A DNA stretch of 49,483 bases, the filler included, from Dimargaris cristalligena (Eukaryota), in assembly GCA_003614675.1 (NCBI GenBank). It is 2 parts of 2 records of this genome, joined end to end, with 100 filler letters (N's around TTAATTAATTAA, not from the genome) between each part and the next. Parts side by side here need not be neighbours in the genome. Positions count along the whole stretch, not along the records: positions 24,795 to 49,483 come from ML002579.1; 1 more part is not named here. One strand, given 5' to 3'. Numbering within the stretch: position 1 is the stretch's first letter; each line of letters begins with the position of its first letter. The notes below the pieces were generated by a model, which was not told the DNA's origin, did no database searches, and saw nothing but the letters and a program-made list of their open reading frames with translations. Shown one piece after another: positions 38,601-45,831 of this stretch. The position numbers and the translations under genes are program-made.

Positions 38601-41600
38601 TACCTTTCGGGGTAGGGCTTCACCACCGACAACTAAGTGATCCAGGTTGGTAAAATCGCGCGGGTCAAGGGCGGCAATGATGGACGGGAGTAAAATTGTT
38701 TGGTGCACTGTTTTCAGGGTTCCTGGAAGGTTATCGCCACAAAACACTACCGTCGAGCCGTAACATAGGGGCATCAGAGAGCTGAGGAAAAATCCGTCAA
38801 AACCAGAAGATAGGCCATTCATGGTCCGTGTCCCTGGCCGTTTGAAGATCTCAAAGCTCGAATTGGTCAATAAATTAATGAGAGACTGATGCTGGACCAT
38901 GACACCTTTGGGTAGTCCAGTGGACCCTGATGTGAACACAATGTAGGCTAAGTCTTTGGGCTCAATTGGATACTTCAAACAAAAGTTAGGCACTAGTTCA
39001 AAGTCAAGGATCAGGTCACTGATAGGGATTGCCTCAGGCCAGGCCGTGTCGTTACCCGATGCGTTAACAATACACGTACACTCGGCTGTATCGGCTATGT
39101 ACTTCTGACGAGCGACCGGGAGTTTTGTATCGATAGGGATATAAATAGCACCGACGCACCAAATGGCTAGAAAGCACATGATGGTATCAGGGTGATCGGA
39201 TACCACGACACCGATTTTATTTCCCCGCTTCACCTGAGCTTTCTGGAGGCGTTTCGCCAGGCCCCATACTCGCCGGGCCAATTCGCGGTAGGTTTGCTTT
39301 TGAGTGAATATTTCGGTAGCAATCTGGTCGGGGGACTGCCAAACCCTATCAAAAAATAGCTCCAGTATATTCAATCTGGGGTTCTCCCGAATGATCGGGT
39401 TAGGACCACCCAAAGCAAACTCGTGTAAGAGAATTTGGGTCTCAGAGGGGCCAACCATGGGTGCAGCAGACCAATTATGTTTTGAAACAACAACCGCGTC
39501 CACGTAAAATACGAAATTGCGCAGAATGTGGTCCACGGTATCGTTATTAAAGATGGCGGGATTGAACCTTAGTTGGCACCGGGGGATATTACCATGGGAG
39601 TTGATAACTGCCTGCAGATCATAGGGAAAGAACGTTTGGTTTGACTGGGATCGGACGATTTGAACGCCGGTGGTTTCGTCAATCCCAAGTGGAGATTCAA
39701 ATACGAGGCTCACTCGGGGTAGCCCAGATATACGATGGTAACTAGGAAGCCCCAGATGGGTGACCAGGGCATCAAGCGACGGGACGGTGTGAAACGACGA
39801 GTCTTTCAGTTGATGGGCCAATTGCTGGGTCAACCTCGAAAGGTCTTTCGGTAGATCGCCAGCGACTCGAACAAGTTTCGATAGCAATGAATAAGGAGCT
39901 GACCAACCAGGCGACCCTGTGGCCGAACCTGTTTGAGAATGACCGACATCAATCAGCAAGTCCTCTTGACCTGTCAGTCGCCGCAGGAACGCGACAAAAA
40001 GGGCCAACCAGAGGTCGCATGCGCGATCTTGATCATCTGCTGCCAAGTCAAATAGGGCAGTGCCAAACTGGCTGCCAAGTTCCATTTCTATGTAATCAGA
40101 GTTAAATGTTGGTGAGAGAGGACGCTTTCGGTCGACAGGCAGGCTCAAATCGGTTGGCGGATCCTGAAGAAGTGTGGTCCAATATTTGAAATCGGGCTCT
40201 GTAAAATAGGATTCCGAGGCGGAAACCTCGTCAATTACATCGCAGGTAAGGCCTATGGGCGTATTCACAATCCGACGGGCAAGTTCTTTTACAATGTTTT
40301 CGGCGAAATTAGAATGGCCAGCCATTTCGTGGACACGAACGCATACAGACGACGCCATCGAACCCGGTATGGCAGTAGATGCTTGGTACAGGTCGACCTG
40401 TACGAGAATACCCTGGGCTGGGTCAAGGCGCACTTCTTCCGAAAAATTAGAGTCTGCATATGAAGGCTGAATCGCTAAAACCCGGCGTGTGACGACGCCA
40501 ACCTGTACATAGGTGAGAATACGGCAACCCAGGACACCCCTTTCTGAGTAAAACTGGCACCGCAATGTACCATACTTGGCCAAGATTGAGTCCACCGCCA
40601 GCTGGACATTTTGCAATTTAAAGGGGACAATTGAAGTGATTGAATAATGGTGGTAGAATTTCTCCAGGCTGCCACCCAGATGGCTGAGGGACCAGATACG
40701 CTGTTGGTGGTCGGAAATAGACAGGCGGCGCTGGTATACTGACTGTGTTCCAGCAGTACAGCCAAAGTCCTCTTTGACATTTTTCTTAGCCCCGACGACT
40801 TCATGCCCATCTTTTCGAGCTGAAATTTCCCTGGCTAAAGAGGGGAGGTCGCTATGCTTAAACAAACTACCCAGGCTTAGCTCCATACCAAATCTCTGGT
40901 ATATCCGATACCGAAGTATCTCTTGCTGAGCCAATGAGGCCCATGCAATGGAGTGAATAAGTGGAGTGGTAGTTAAATCTGAGCAATCCTGTTGGTCACT
41001 GGAATACAGCTCATTCACTACCACAGTTAACCACCATTCGATGTCAGATACAAGGGGGTTTGCGCGTATTGGCAATGCCGTAATGTAGGTGAGGATAAAA
41101 CTGTGGGCGTCTTCTACCGCGGCATCAGCGATATGGGGGAAAGCCTGAGTGGGAATAATAGCATGGGGAACGAGGGTCGAGGGGATGTCATGTGAGGCTA
41201 CAGCAGCCTGTAAGTCGGCGAGTTCGGAACCTGATACATTATTCACCAAAACCACCAACTGGTCCCTGGGTAGCAGTAAAGCTCGAGGTGACTTAGCCCC
41301 TGCTCTGGATAAAGCATGCTCCAATACTCCAAGGTGCACATGCTGGCCTTTAATGACCACCTGCTGTTTTTTGGGACCTAAAATTTGCACCGAGTTATCC
41401 GTTTCCTGATAGGCGAGGAGGTGTTTACCATTGGGGAGTGGTCTAAAACCAATCTGTGGATTTACGAGGTCCAGGCGGCCTACAGCCCCCCGGGGACAGC
41501 GATGACCATAGCAGTCCAATACAACTGGTGACCAACTACATAGGCCGGTTTCATTTACGGGCAAGGTGAGCGACTCCAACTGACTGGGTACCACACACTG

Positions 41601-41645
41601 ATAGCCATTGAAGATATATTCGATAAAGGCCAGACAGGTAACCGG
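26700..41645 (-). CDS. Multimodular nonribosomal peptide synthetase: (partial dA-dT-dC)-A1-T1-C-A2-T2-C-A3-T3-E-C-A4-T4
   Basis: Intronless ORF of at least 4964 aa; the frame is open up to about 41714 and the true start is unresolved. Four A3 motifs (TSGSTGLPKG ~38920, TSGTTGRPKG ~35710 and ~32540, TSGSTGTPKG ~27975). Four carrier motifs (GGDSI ~37810, ~34625, ~31455; GGNSL ~26890). C motifs HHALLD ~37130, HHAVLD ~33960, HHAILDG ~29390. E domain with HHFTVDFISW ~30890, EGHGR, RTVGWFT and FNYSGRF. Confidence 0.97.
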   Translation of the reverse strand, partial: PVTCLAFIEYIFNGYQCVVPSQLESLTLPVNETGLCSWSPVVLDCYGHRCPRGAVGRLDLVNPQIGFRPLPNGKHLLAYQETDNSVQILGPKKQQVVIKGQHVHLGVLEHALSRAGAKSPRALLLPRDQLVVLVNNVSGSELADLQAAVASHDIPSTLVPHAIIPTQAFPHIADAAVEDAHSFILTYITALPIRANPLVSDIEWWLTVVVNELYSSDQQDCSDLTTTPLIHSIAWASLAQQEILRYRIYQRFGMELSLGSLFKHSDLPSLAREISARKDGHEVVGAKKNVKEDFGCTAGTQSVYQRRLSISDHQQRIWSLSHLGGSLEKFYHHYSITSIVPFKLQNVQLAVDSILAKYGTLRCQFYSERGVLGCRILTYVQVGVVTRRVLAIQPSYADSNFSEEVRLDPAQGILVQVDLYQASTAIPGSMASSVCVRVHEMAGHSNFAENIVKELARRIVNTPIGLTCDVIDEVSASESYFTEPDFKYWTTLLQDPPTDLSLPVDRKRPLSPTFNSDYIEMELGSQFGTALFDLAADDQDRACDLWLALFVAFLRRLTGQEDLLIDVGHSQTGSATGSPGWSAPYSLLSKLVRVAGDLPKDLSRLTQQLAHQLKDSSFHTVPSLDALVTHLGLPSYHRISGLPRVSLVFESPLGIDETTGVQIVRSQSNQTFFPYDLQAVINSHGNIPRCQLRFNPAIFNNDTVDHILRNFVFYVDAVVVSKHNWSAAPMVGPSETQILLHEFALGGPNPIIRENPRLNILELFFDRVWQSPDQIATEIFTQKQTYRELARRVWGLAKRLQKAQVKRGNKIGVVVSDHPDTIMCFLAIWCVGAIYIPIDTKLPVARQKYIADTAECTCIVNASGNDTAWPEAIPISDLILDFELVPNFCLKYPIEPKDLAYIVFTSGSTGLPKGVMVQHQSLINLLTNSSFEIFKRPGTRTMNGLSSGFDGFFLSSLMPLCYGSTVVFCGDNLPGTLKTVHQTILLPSIIAALDPRDFTNLDHLVVGGEALPRKVADNWLEYVDIINAFGPTETTVVCLSCPVPRSGPIPVGRPMAGYECYILDPSMQLVPIGAIGEIVIGGIGVSQGYINRPDLNTFKFVVNPFTGDGMLYHTGDLGRWLPDGQVECLGRIDSQVKLRGFRIELDEVRSVLLSQPGVQDCTVFVHGSFLVGYVFPETHADEDHLRSVMANHLPSYMVPTYILGLPTVPLTTNHKCDVQFLRNHFTNFLVDQHQPESSDSPSAPASKTLHALAMAMSDVLSLPLEQINPGLSFVKLGGDSISAIRLTSLCRERGIQLSVDQIFKSASITALADLGAERPGPIQSPENAAPINYQPFSLLGTADWLANNIDSVIQEAASELHVGREYIVDILPVSSLQLGFLINTLKDPSAYMVQESLVLSGPLDTDRLRQVWHQLAQRHSILRTKFMQLPSISDHTFVQVVGRQCDIEWTVVTEGVDSDLKQLEKSYFAADRQRGFTFDGPLLRMALYRTSADSDQHLCFFTFHHALLDAWSQNIALAELVDIYHGADLAPCTQFTDYIAHLQSSDQTKLQQFWKDNLEAAKPTLAVKFPVFSTDAPSTEYDTYGTPLSTDLPTLQLFCRNQQITLNSLLRSVWALTLSWYLSESQEVTFGGLTSGRNVPVAGIEGMVGMAINTLPVRVHLDMNLSVSQYIRQINELSFKMTDYEQCGLIDINRWAHVDPEVQLFDSLMVYFSYPGSQTSIKNPDIGFELRASQNFVEYAYTTTFSDHHGQLICNLQYKSSHCNQAYARSMVQFMDHCIALMVDQPTSTLQDLMSIPSDEACLVQEWSVGPRYQFPQGNWLAYQLFTQHLPTRPDSIALETSDQKFTYAEVYHHSACMALALQKQGFQPGDFAALLFTRSAEFIFSYLGVQLAGGVCIPMDATNALDRLRYTIGVLENAWLVTTAVYQQTAFDELGVIQSRVLVANDVPFDSMPTSDFQPDTSRQSSDLMYILFTSGTTGRPKGVPIRHESLLNYILAYDQVMQLDTSARMLQAMNISFDVCVNEIFGVFHAGGTLVLQDGNIIDTLKRVTTCCLIPSILAALDPQDFPNLSQVAVSGEPLPSNVAQRWCTHVRLYNNYGPTEASISSHSYSVQPAEPVTIGRALANYEGYILDDQLRPVPIGVPGELCLGGIGISDGYWKQPHLTAQAFLPNPFGAGNLYRTGDLACWLPNGTVHYLCRKDFQVKLRGYRIELGEIENTSRYVEGVTGAVACVIETRLVLYVSPNNIDTAELWAHLTTKLPTYMVPNFIVGLDLIPLTTVGKADRKALQARPLPLDDPLEMGPTILTATFIAVQELLAGIFEISPSCITPSASFLRLGGDSIMAIRFSSMCRSRGWLLSISQILQARNVLELAGILESQSLADCNGLEKTYLNFSLIGLEAEPQLRDTLTQEIAKQIGVDKNDIVDVLPVSSLQLGFLINTLKDPSAYMVQQSFVVDGLLDVNRFYQAWVEVAQKHATLRTKFFQTDTMPGHAFLQVVTRDCDIEWSTRTLGTVEDMSKLETAYFAKDRQRGFDFRGPLLRFTLYTMDSDHHLCFFTFHHAVLDAWSQNIIFGEILELYHHGSSPPGTPFSAYIAHLQTLNQSNLESFWSANLAGAIPTPAIQFPIHQPQAPPSEFGSYQSAISVSQLALRTFCREQKVTLNALLRSTWALTLAHYLNETQEVTFGGLTSGRNVPIPGIEGMVGMSINTLPIRVQLDYTQTVSGFIQGVNQLFIDMAAYEHCSLLDIRKWTQANPEARPFNSLVVYDNFPAATVPTSKAEITIQPRDGQNYTEYAYTLSFADTSDGLNYLLVYKSTYCDKTYAKFLCQFLDHCLSTMVSQPGGLVGDLMSLPSEEARLVRQWSEGPRCEFPQCHWLAHQLFTQHIATHPDAIALETSIHKFTYAEVYCRARSIASALQSQGFQPGNLAALLFTRSAEFIFSYLGVLLAGGVCVPMDLSNSLDRLEYTISQLDDAWLLTTTGHLVMILERISIDNTRFCLVDTVDHQAPGNPSFQPDHTRTSSDLAYIVFTSGTTGRPKGVPVRHESLVNYTMANCKLMELDSDCRFLQLMNISFDGCLIEIFGAFHSGGTLVLQDGDMIDRLGKVNTCVLIPSVLATLDPVDFPNLTKVVAAGEALPSSVAYNWCPRVHLFNVCGPTEITIVSHADRIQLGYPVTIGRPLPNVQGYILDNKLRPVPIGVPGELCIGGIGVTEGYWKQPELTAKAFIPNPFGPGKLYRSGDLVCWLPDGRVQFISRKDFQIKLRGYRIELGEIENTVSSVGGVSNAVACVTQKQLVLYVAPAGVDISILHHQLAQKLPPYMVPNFIVTLDHIPLTAVGKADRKALQALPLPAVDPDTASDIENHSWVFLLMREALASALNIKPQRVIPTDSFLQLGGDSISAIQFSNRCKRLGLHLSVADILKYPRLSVMEQHAHLMVLDDALPVEYLDPVGPVPFTAVQRYALEEYQFINQFNQSTLIQCCQELSQETVRAALMALFTHHDMMRVQLTRIKDHWHQQVLPAPVDSPGWLDRFVVMETATIVQDQYPTWVSQMQQKISIECGPILGCGLLILNGQQHLYLTIHHFTVDFISWRIILEDLEALLTNQPLPGKTTPFREWATKIHAYSQTLSDSVWPDVSPFDPAQGIPLDYRLPPPNEFGEHPPVTYHSAQFIRTALGCPLSEDLYAKIAPAAGVSPQEFLVASLLLALQSTFNISKVKLEMEGHGRRPWDPSIDISRTVGWFTSIYPVEFDLTRQHDYSYVGSDLEVLALTKQRLRSVPNHGLPYSLLRYLKGFPSHTTPYSNQEAQGISPTSFTDWNRIVFNYSGRFENLESPDAFWKARNMNANWTDDWSKNEHFNQVLSVACDYDAKTGLILSVTFSNELHHMSTIQKLVDSWRAILENLIHACHSNEAPSIVTTSDFPLVCLTEGDFAKVVDNELLPLKLTTADIEDIYPCLPLQEGLLFATLQDHSAYMVQLTFTISGSLDIPRFQQAWIQAADVYTILRTRFIMGAGSQANRNLQVVTKSFNPQWIIGDWQGGDIATLEAHHIQSERLTGFPPQEPMVRLGLFQIDNQRHSFIISVHHAILDGWSNGPLINSVLQYYSERTPAAAPHLPFKEFVTHVLAKDQETAQSFWADQFADVEAPSLLTEPHHQLAGDIHPNDPEYYGRVLGTISNLTSVEKFAQNLEVTMSSVLRASLAAVLQRYTGSDNPVFGTIVSGRNVPLDGIENMVGLCINTVPCCIPLGTNLSVQQVLQNVHANSVVMYDYEHCRLTDIHRWSGLSSEQPLFNILFVLENYPEPPTDPTLPIQIEVSGGWDPTDYALAIAVYTDGDELKYNLTYRRLDFGDTFAARFADHFSQAVRSMINMDPLTSFGDVELFSAAERQELLQTFATNDQPLPNEPVHASFQRLAQSAPDLIALVQGNHQFTYAQLNAAADRLADTIKQLTDCGPDHIIAILANQSVELIICQLAIWKSGAAFVCLVPEYPTDRKHFILKDTQSIALLGRPEHLADWEDSPIPIVPVDGISLLNDAQPTPAGYATVSPSSLAYVVYTSGSTGTPKGVMIEQGSVSSFIRGFGAAFVTNQDVIVPVIATPTFDMSILEIWSTLSFGGTSLIHTGDFEATLQKVTQAYMVPSLLSSFTPLDFPRLKRVVVGGDVLTSSTVQVWGAAVDLFNLYGPTECTIATHFTRLFPGHTISVGSPGPNATCFILDSKLRPVPIGATGQLYLGGTGVARGYLNQPELTQEKFITYPLTDERIYQSGDLARWLPNGQVEYLGRIDNQVKLRGFRIELGEIESALEGHPLVEQACAILQGNAHLVGYVVPPTGQTATILDSLRTRLPPYMVPSVLVELSTWPLTRVGKIDRKALPKYDFTLSESVGAIQEYTQAEAKMVALVAEVLDVESSAVSLGGTFFQLGGNSLTAIQLVSRCRHLNLNLVLADINRQNTIYHLAKLAVAQSAAIDTFDFNEDGGYESSPETS

Positions 41646-41799
41646 CTGCTTTGTTAGCTGGGCTACATTGAGCTCGGTGGGTCGGGCAAGGTCACAGAGA
41701 GCAATTTGATAGAGTTAAGGCATCACATACGTAATCCGAATATGGTATCCCTCGATTCGTAGTTGATGCCAAAGTCCAAAATCAAAAATAAATGCTTAC

Positions 41800-42708
41800 C
41801 AGATGATGCTTGTTGAGAAGGATTAAATCCGTGTATTGGGCTTGCATCTTAGCGGTATAACTCGTGTCCTCGTAGCCGGTGAAGTTGACACAGTCCACGA
41901 CCGTAACGATGGAATCAAGGCGGAATCCCTCGTCGGCCATTTCCCGGATCTGCCAGGCAATAGGGGCTGTGGCGTCCGGTCGTAGAGTTGGTATATGGGC
42001 AAACCAAAAATCAGCATAACATCAGCACATGGGCATAACTAAGCTAGATGTTGGGTATATAAGGATTAGTAACGAGGCCTCTCTAGTTTCAACAAGTCGT
42101 AGGAGTGGCTTACCGGGGAAAGCGGAACCGCTAGTTTCAATGATAATACGGTGCGGCTGGTACTTGTCTAAAGTAGATGAGGATCATTTGGCATAGATAA
42201 TTGAGGAGGGAGTTAGAGTTAAAGGCCGGAATTACTTTTAGATATGGTGGTTGGTGTACCCGGCCGGGCCAAGATGCTTTCCATTTGTAATGGCATAGGA
42301 AACTTGGGTACGGAGTAAAACAACGGAGGCGGGGGAATCGAAACATACCCAACCCCAAAATCCCACCCGACAAATAGTGCGGTACTCTATACCGACGAAG
42401 TCAACCAACTACCAGCCAGTGCACTTACCGCGTAGTTCCAACAGCGCGCTTTTCATTTGACCAACCAGCACACAGCAAAGACACCCGTTGACCATTTCCT
42501 GCACCGCGATATTACTTTCGCGCATCAGCGCGCTATCCGTTTCGGCGTCCCCGAATTCATTTTTAAGCACCACCACCCGATAGTCCCGGGGCAGTTGTTT
42601 AAGTAGCGACAGGATAAGCGTGGTTTTACCGGCACCCAGAAAACCGGTAAATACCGATACTTGAGTAGTGGTGGCGGCTACGGGGTTGGTGGTCTCAGTA
42701 GAAGGCAT
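41800..42708 (-). CDS. COG0523/CobW (ZNG1-related) G3E metal-chaperone GTPase, G domain only, 167 aa; exons 42708-42429, 42167-42114, 41966-41800; C-terminal part absent
   Basis: GFLGAGKTT (G1), NEFG, GCLCC metal-binding motif, IIIETSG (G3), LDSIVTVVD, MQAQYTDLILLNKHH (G4 region). Three canonical GTAAG donors with consistent phases. No CobW C-terminal exon follows; the NRPS frame begins within about 90 nt. Confidence 0.9.
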
Positions 42709-43549
42709 GGTGGCGAGATTGCGAAACCGACTAGAAGAAGCGGGGCAAGGAATGCGTGGGTTGAGATAGGGAGGGGAGAATATCGTAAACTACGGAATGG
42801 CGAGTGTCGGGTACTTGGAACCGGCCTATCGAAAATAAAGGCGAATGTAACTATGGGATTGAATATACGTCAGAATGAGACAACAGACATGCAAGAATGA
42901 AACGAAACTAATAGGTAGTAGTAGTAAAAACCCACAATAGGAGCGAGTAAGCGAGAGCGAGGAAGGGGCAATGACGAAAGACGCTGCTGCCCTGGACACC
43001 AAGCCCAATAGGTATGTGGTCCATACAGTTGGGGCTGTTGGTTTGGGAGGGTAAAGTAACACCATCCCAGCTGGTGCATCCCTATATCCGGCTGGCCATC
43101 CCGCAATTATCCGCCAGTATGTATTCCCTTAGCAACCACTACCATTTACACTACAGTATCCAAAGGGTATTAAGATTAAATTAGGCACATCAAATTCGGC
43201 AGCTAAATAACGCACATTTAGTATATATTTCGAGTTGCCCTGGTGCATTCCACTGTGGGCGCATATCCAAATATTACCGATTTCGTCACCCTTGTAAGAT
43301 GGTCTCATTATTAAAGCCACGTATACTCGAAATGATATTCCCTGGACCTCATGTTTGACAGAAACATACCAATTTTTTATAAATATAAATATAGCACCAG
43401 GTTACAGAAATGGCTTTGGGTTGTATAAATCAGCGAAGAAGAGGGGGACACCAGAAAAAACCATCATCATCCCCCGGTCGTTCCAGACGACACCAAAGGG
43501 GCTCTCTCCTCCACCCAACACACATTAAAGGGGAAAACCCCTTAATTTC

Positions 43550-44390
43550 TTAGGCGATAATCTTCCACGTCACCTGGGAACGACCGGCCTTGACGAATTT
43601 CGGACCTAGGGCATTGGCTGCCGATTGACTCAGCACGACTTCACCCACCTCGCAGTCCTCGCAAGTATCCGTAATCTTGGCCTGTACCGATGTGCCGAAC
43701 ACCGACTGAACGCTCATCATTTTGAAACACTTGGGGTTGGTCCCCGGGTAGATATCGTCGGCCATTTGGCCCTTGTTCTGTTGTACCGAATGCATGTAGT
43801 GCGGATGATATCCATAAACAATAATAACAGTCAATTAGCAATTGGAAATTAGCATCATTGGGCAAAAGGGTGATTGGTATTAAAGAAGGGGAGAATCAAG
43901 CTGTTGTGAGGTCAAGATTATTCTGGAAGCCCAATACCGGTAAATTTGAGGTTGCTTATTATAGACATACTCCACAACGACGGTAGACGGCTGTCCAGTT
44001 TCAGTGAGAATACACGGTGAACAATAGAATCAAATCAAATAGGTCTAAACTTACAATAGATACAGTTAAGGTTGCTAGCTCTTCCAAAGTTCCGCACGAC
44101 CCGACGTCCTTGGGACCGGCGTCTTCGAAACTAGCCTTGCCGGCAATATCCTGGCCTACTACCACCTCGGCCACCACCGGCACCACGGGGGCCGGTGCGA
44201 CGGGAGCGGGAACGACCGGTGGGGCCGGCGCAGGTGCAGGGACGGGGGCGACGACTACGGGGGCTGGGGTTGGGTTAACAGGGGCAGCGGCAGCCACATC
44301 CTGGCGTTTTACCAACCCGTTGTTTGGCAGGGAGCTGGCGTTGGCCAACGCGGCCAAAGTGGTAAGAGCGGCGACAAGGGTAAACTTCAT
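43550..44390 (-). CDS. Secreted RlpA-like double-psi beta-barrel (barwin/loosenin/expansin-like) protein, ~187 aa; exons 44390-44055 and 43777-43550
   Basis: Signal peptide MKFTLVAALTTLAALANA, dibasic KR site, Pro/Ala/Val-rich linker. Then GKASF...GSCG...VSI|NKGQM...NPKC...SVQAKITDTCEDC...LSQSA...VTW, the typical fungal DPBB pattern. Phase-0 GTAAGT...CAG intron. Confidence 0.85.
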
Positions 44391-45831
44391 TGTGAAGATG
44401 AACGGACTCGAAGAAATAAGGGAAGTTAAAAGAAATATAGGGGAACTTTCGATATATTTTATGTATAAAAAAAGGGGTAATAGTGATACAAATACCGGAT
44501 GTCTCCAAGAATTATAGAGGCATTCACAAATAGTTGACTAATCAAATTGCCGACAAATACCAAATCAATCGTTAGAAATGGCGGTGCCTTGGTGGAAGAG
44601 AAAGAGAGAAGGGGAGAGTGGTGGTGGTGGTGGTGTGGTATCGGTGGAAAATGACTAGTAAACGACTTGGTGGTATGGTAATCGAAGAGGCTGCTGTCTG
44701 CTCAAATAGGCCGTCCTTGACCTCCCCTTTATACCTCCCGTCCCGACCCCCCCCCTAGTTCGCACTTTTCTTTCGTATGCCTAGAGAGACGAGGACTACA
44801 GGAGGAGAGAGGAGAGTAAAGTAAGGGGGGCAGCCCGAATAATGATAGACCATCCCTATAGCAACGCAAATCACTAATCTAAAATATGTAGGGGACCCGC
44901 AAACCCTAATAGCTGGGACGGGGCCGTCGACTCCAGCCCGCTACGACGACGATGCCATCAGGAGGGGTATCCGATGCTTGGGGATGGTGGGTAAATGATG
45001 TTCCGGCGGTGGGCACGGGCAACGAAGAGGGCGGTTGAGGGAGATTTCGTATCCATCGGTTTAATTTAAGGAAGTTCATGTACTAATAATAGTTTTTGGC
45101 CCCGGGGCATTTCCTTCTCCCCCTCTCCCCTCTTTGGCAGCCTTCCTTCCCAACCCCCTCTCTCCACGCTTCCCTCAACTCTAGGAGAATGGTGACCCTT
45201 GTGGTGGGCTAAATTAAAGAGGTTCCCCATCATTAGTCGCTTGGGCGCACTGGTCAGCGAAGTGTTCTGTATTGGCAGCCAATCTCTACGGGTAGTATGG
45301 GTCTAACAATGAACTAACTAACTACATGGGCACCCGGACCGGTTTATTTTAATACCACCTTTCCTGTCGCACCACTATTGTCGCCATCGATACTATTCCC
45401 TCAGTACGTTATGGACTCAGACGGTGCGGGGACTGAGAGGGGCTCCTGCCATGGTGACTCGTTTAATTGCTCATCTATTTCTCATATTTGTGAGCTCTCC
45501 GTTTAGTAAGCCCCCATTCGTATATCTACGAGGCCGAATTATAGGTGATTTACATTAACGGTAGAGAGAACCCCCCCTCCCTCCCTCTCTTTTTCCAATC
45601 TTAGGCAGTTTACCCCCAGCCAGGTCGATGGCCAGTTGCTTGCTAAATTTGTGCATCGCATTTTATTAGAAATCAATTGAGCGAGGTCGACGGCTTAACA
45701 AGATCACCAAAGGGGTTTTTTTAAATAATAATAATAATAATAATTAAAAGAAAAATAAATATATAAATCTAATACTAGTATAGAACCTCTCTTTATACAC
45801 CCAAATAAAGCACCACCCATTGACCAAATTA

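Noticed and set aside
41715-41790. FDFGLW in the NRPS frame upstream of a TAA, resembling A-domain motif A4
   Set aside because: It lies in T-rich intron sequence next to the CobW donor and the spacing and context do not fit well; probably chance, though not excluded.
44017-44517. 166-aa Gly/Ala/Thr-rich plus-strand ORF, and the many short ORFs inside the NRPS
   Set aside because: They are antisense or alternate-frame shadows of real genes.
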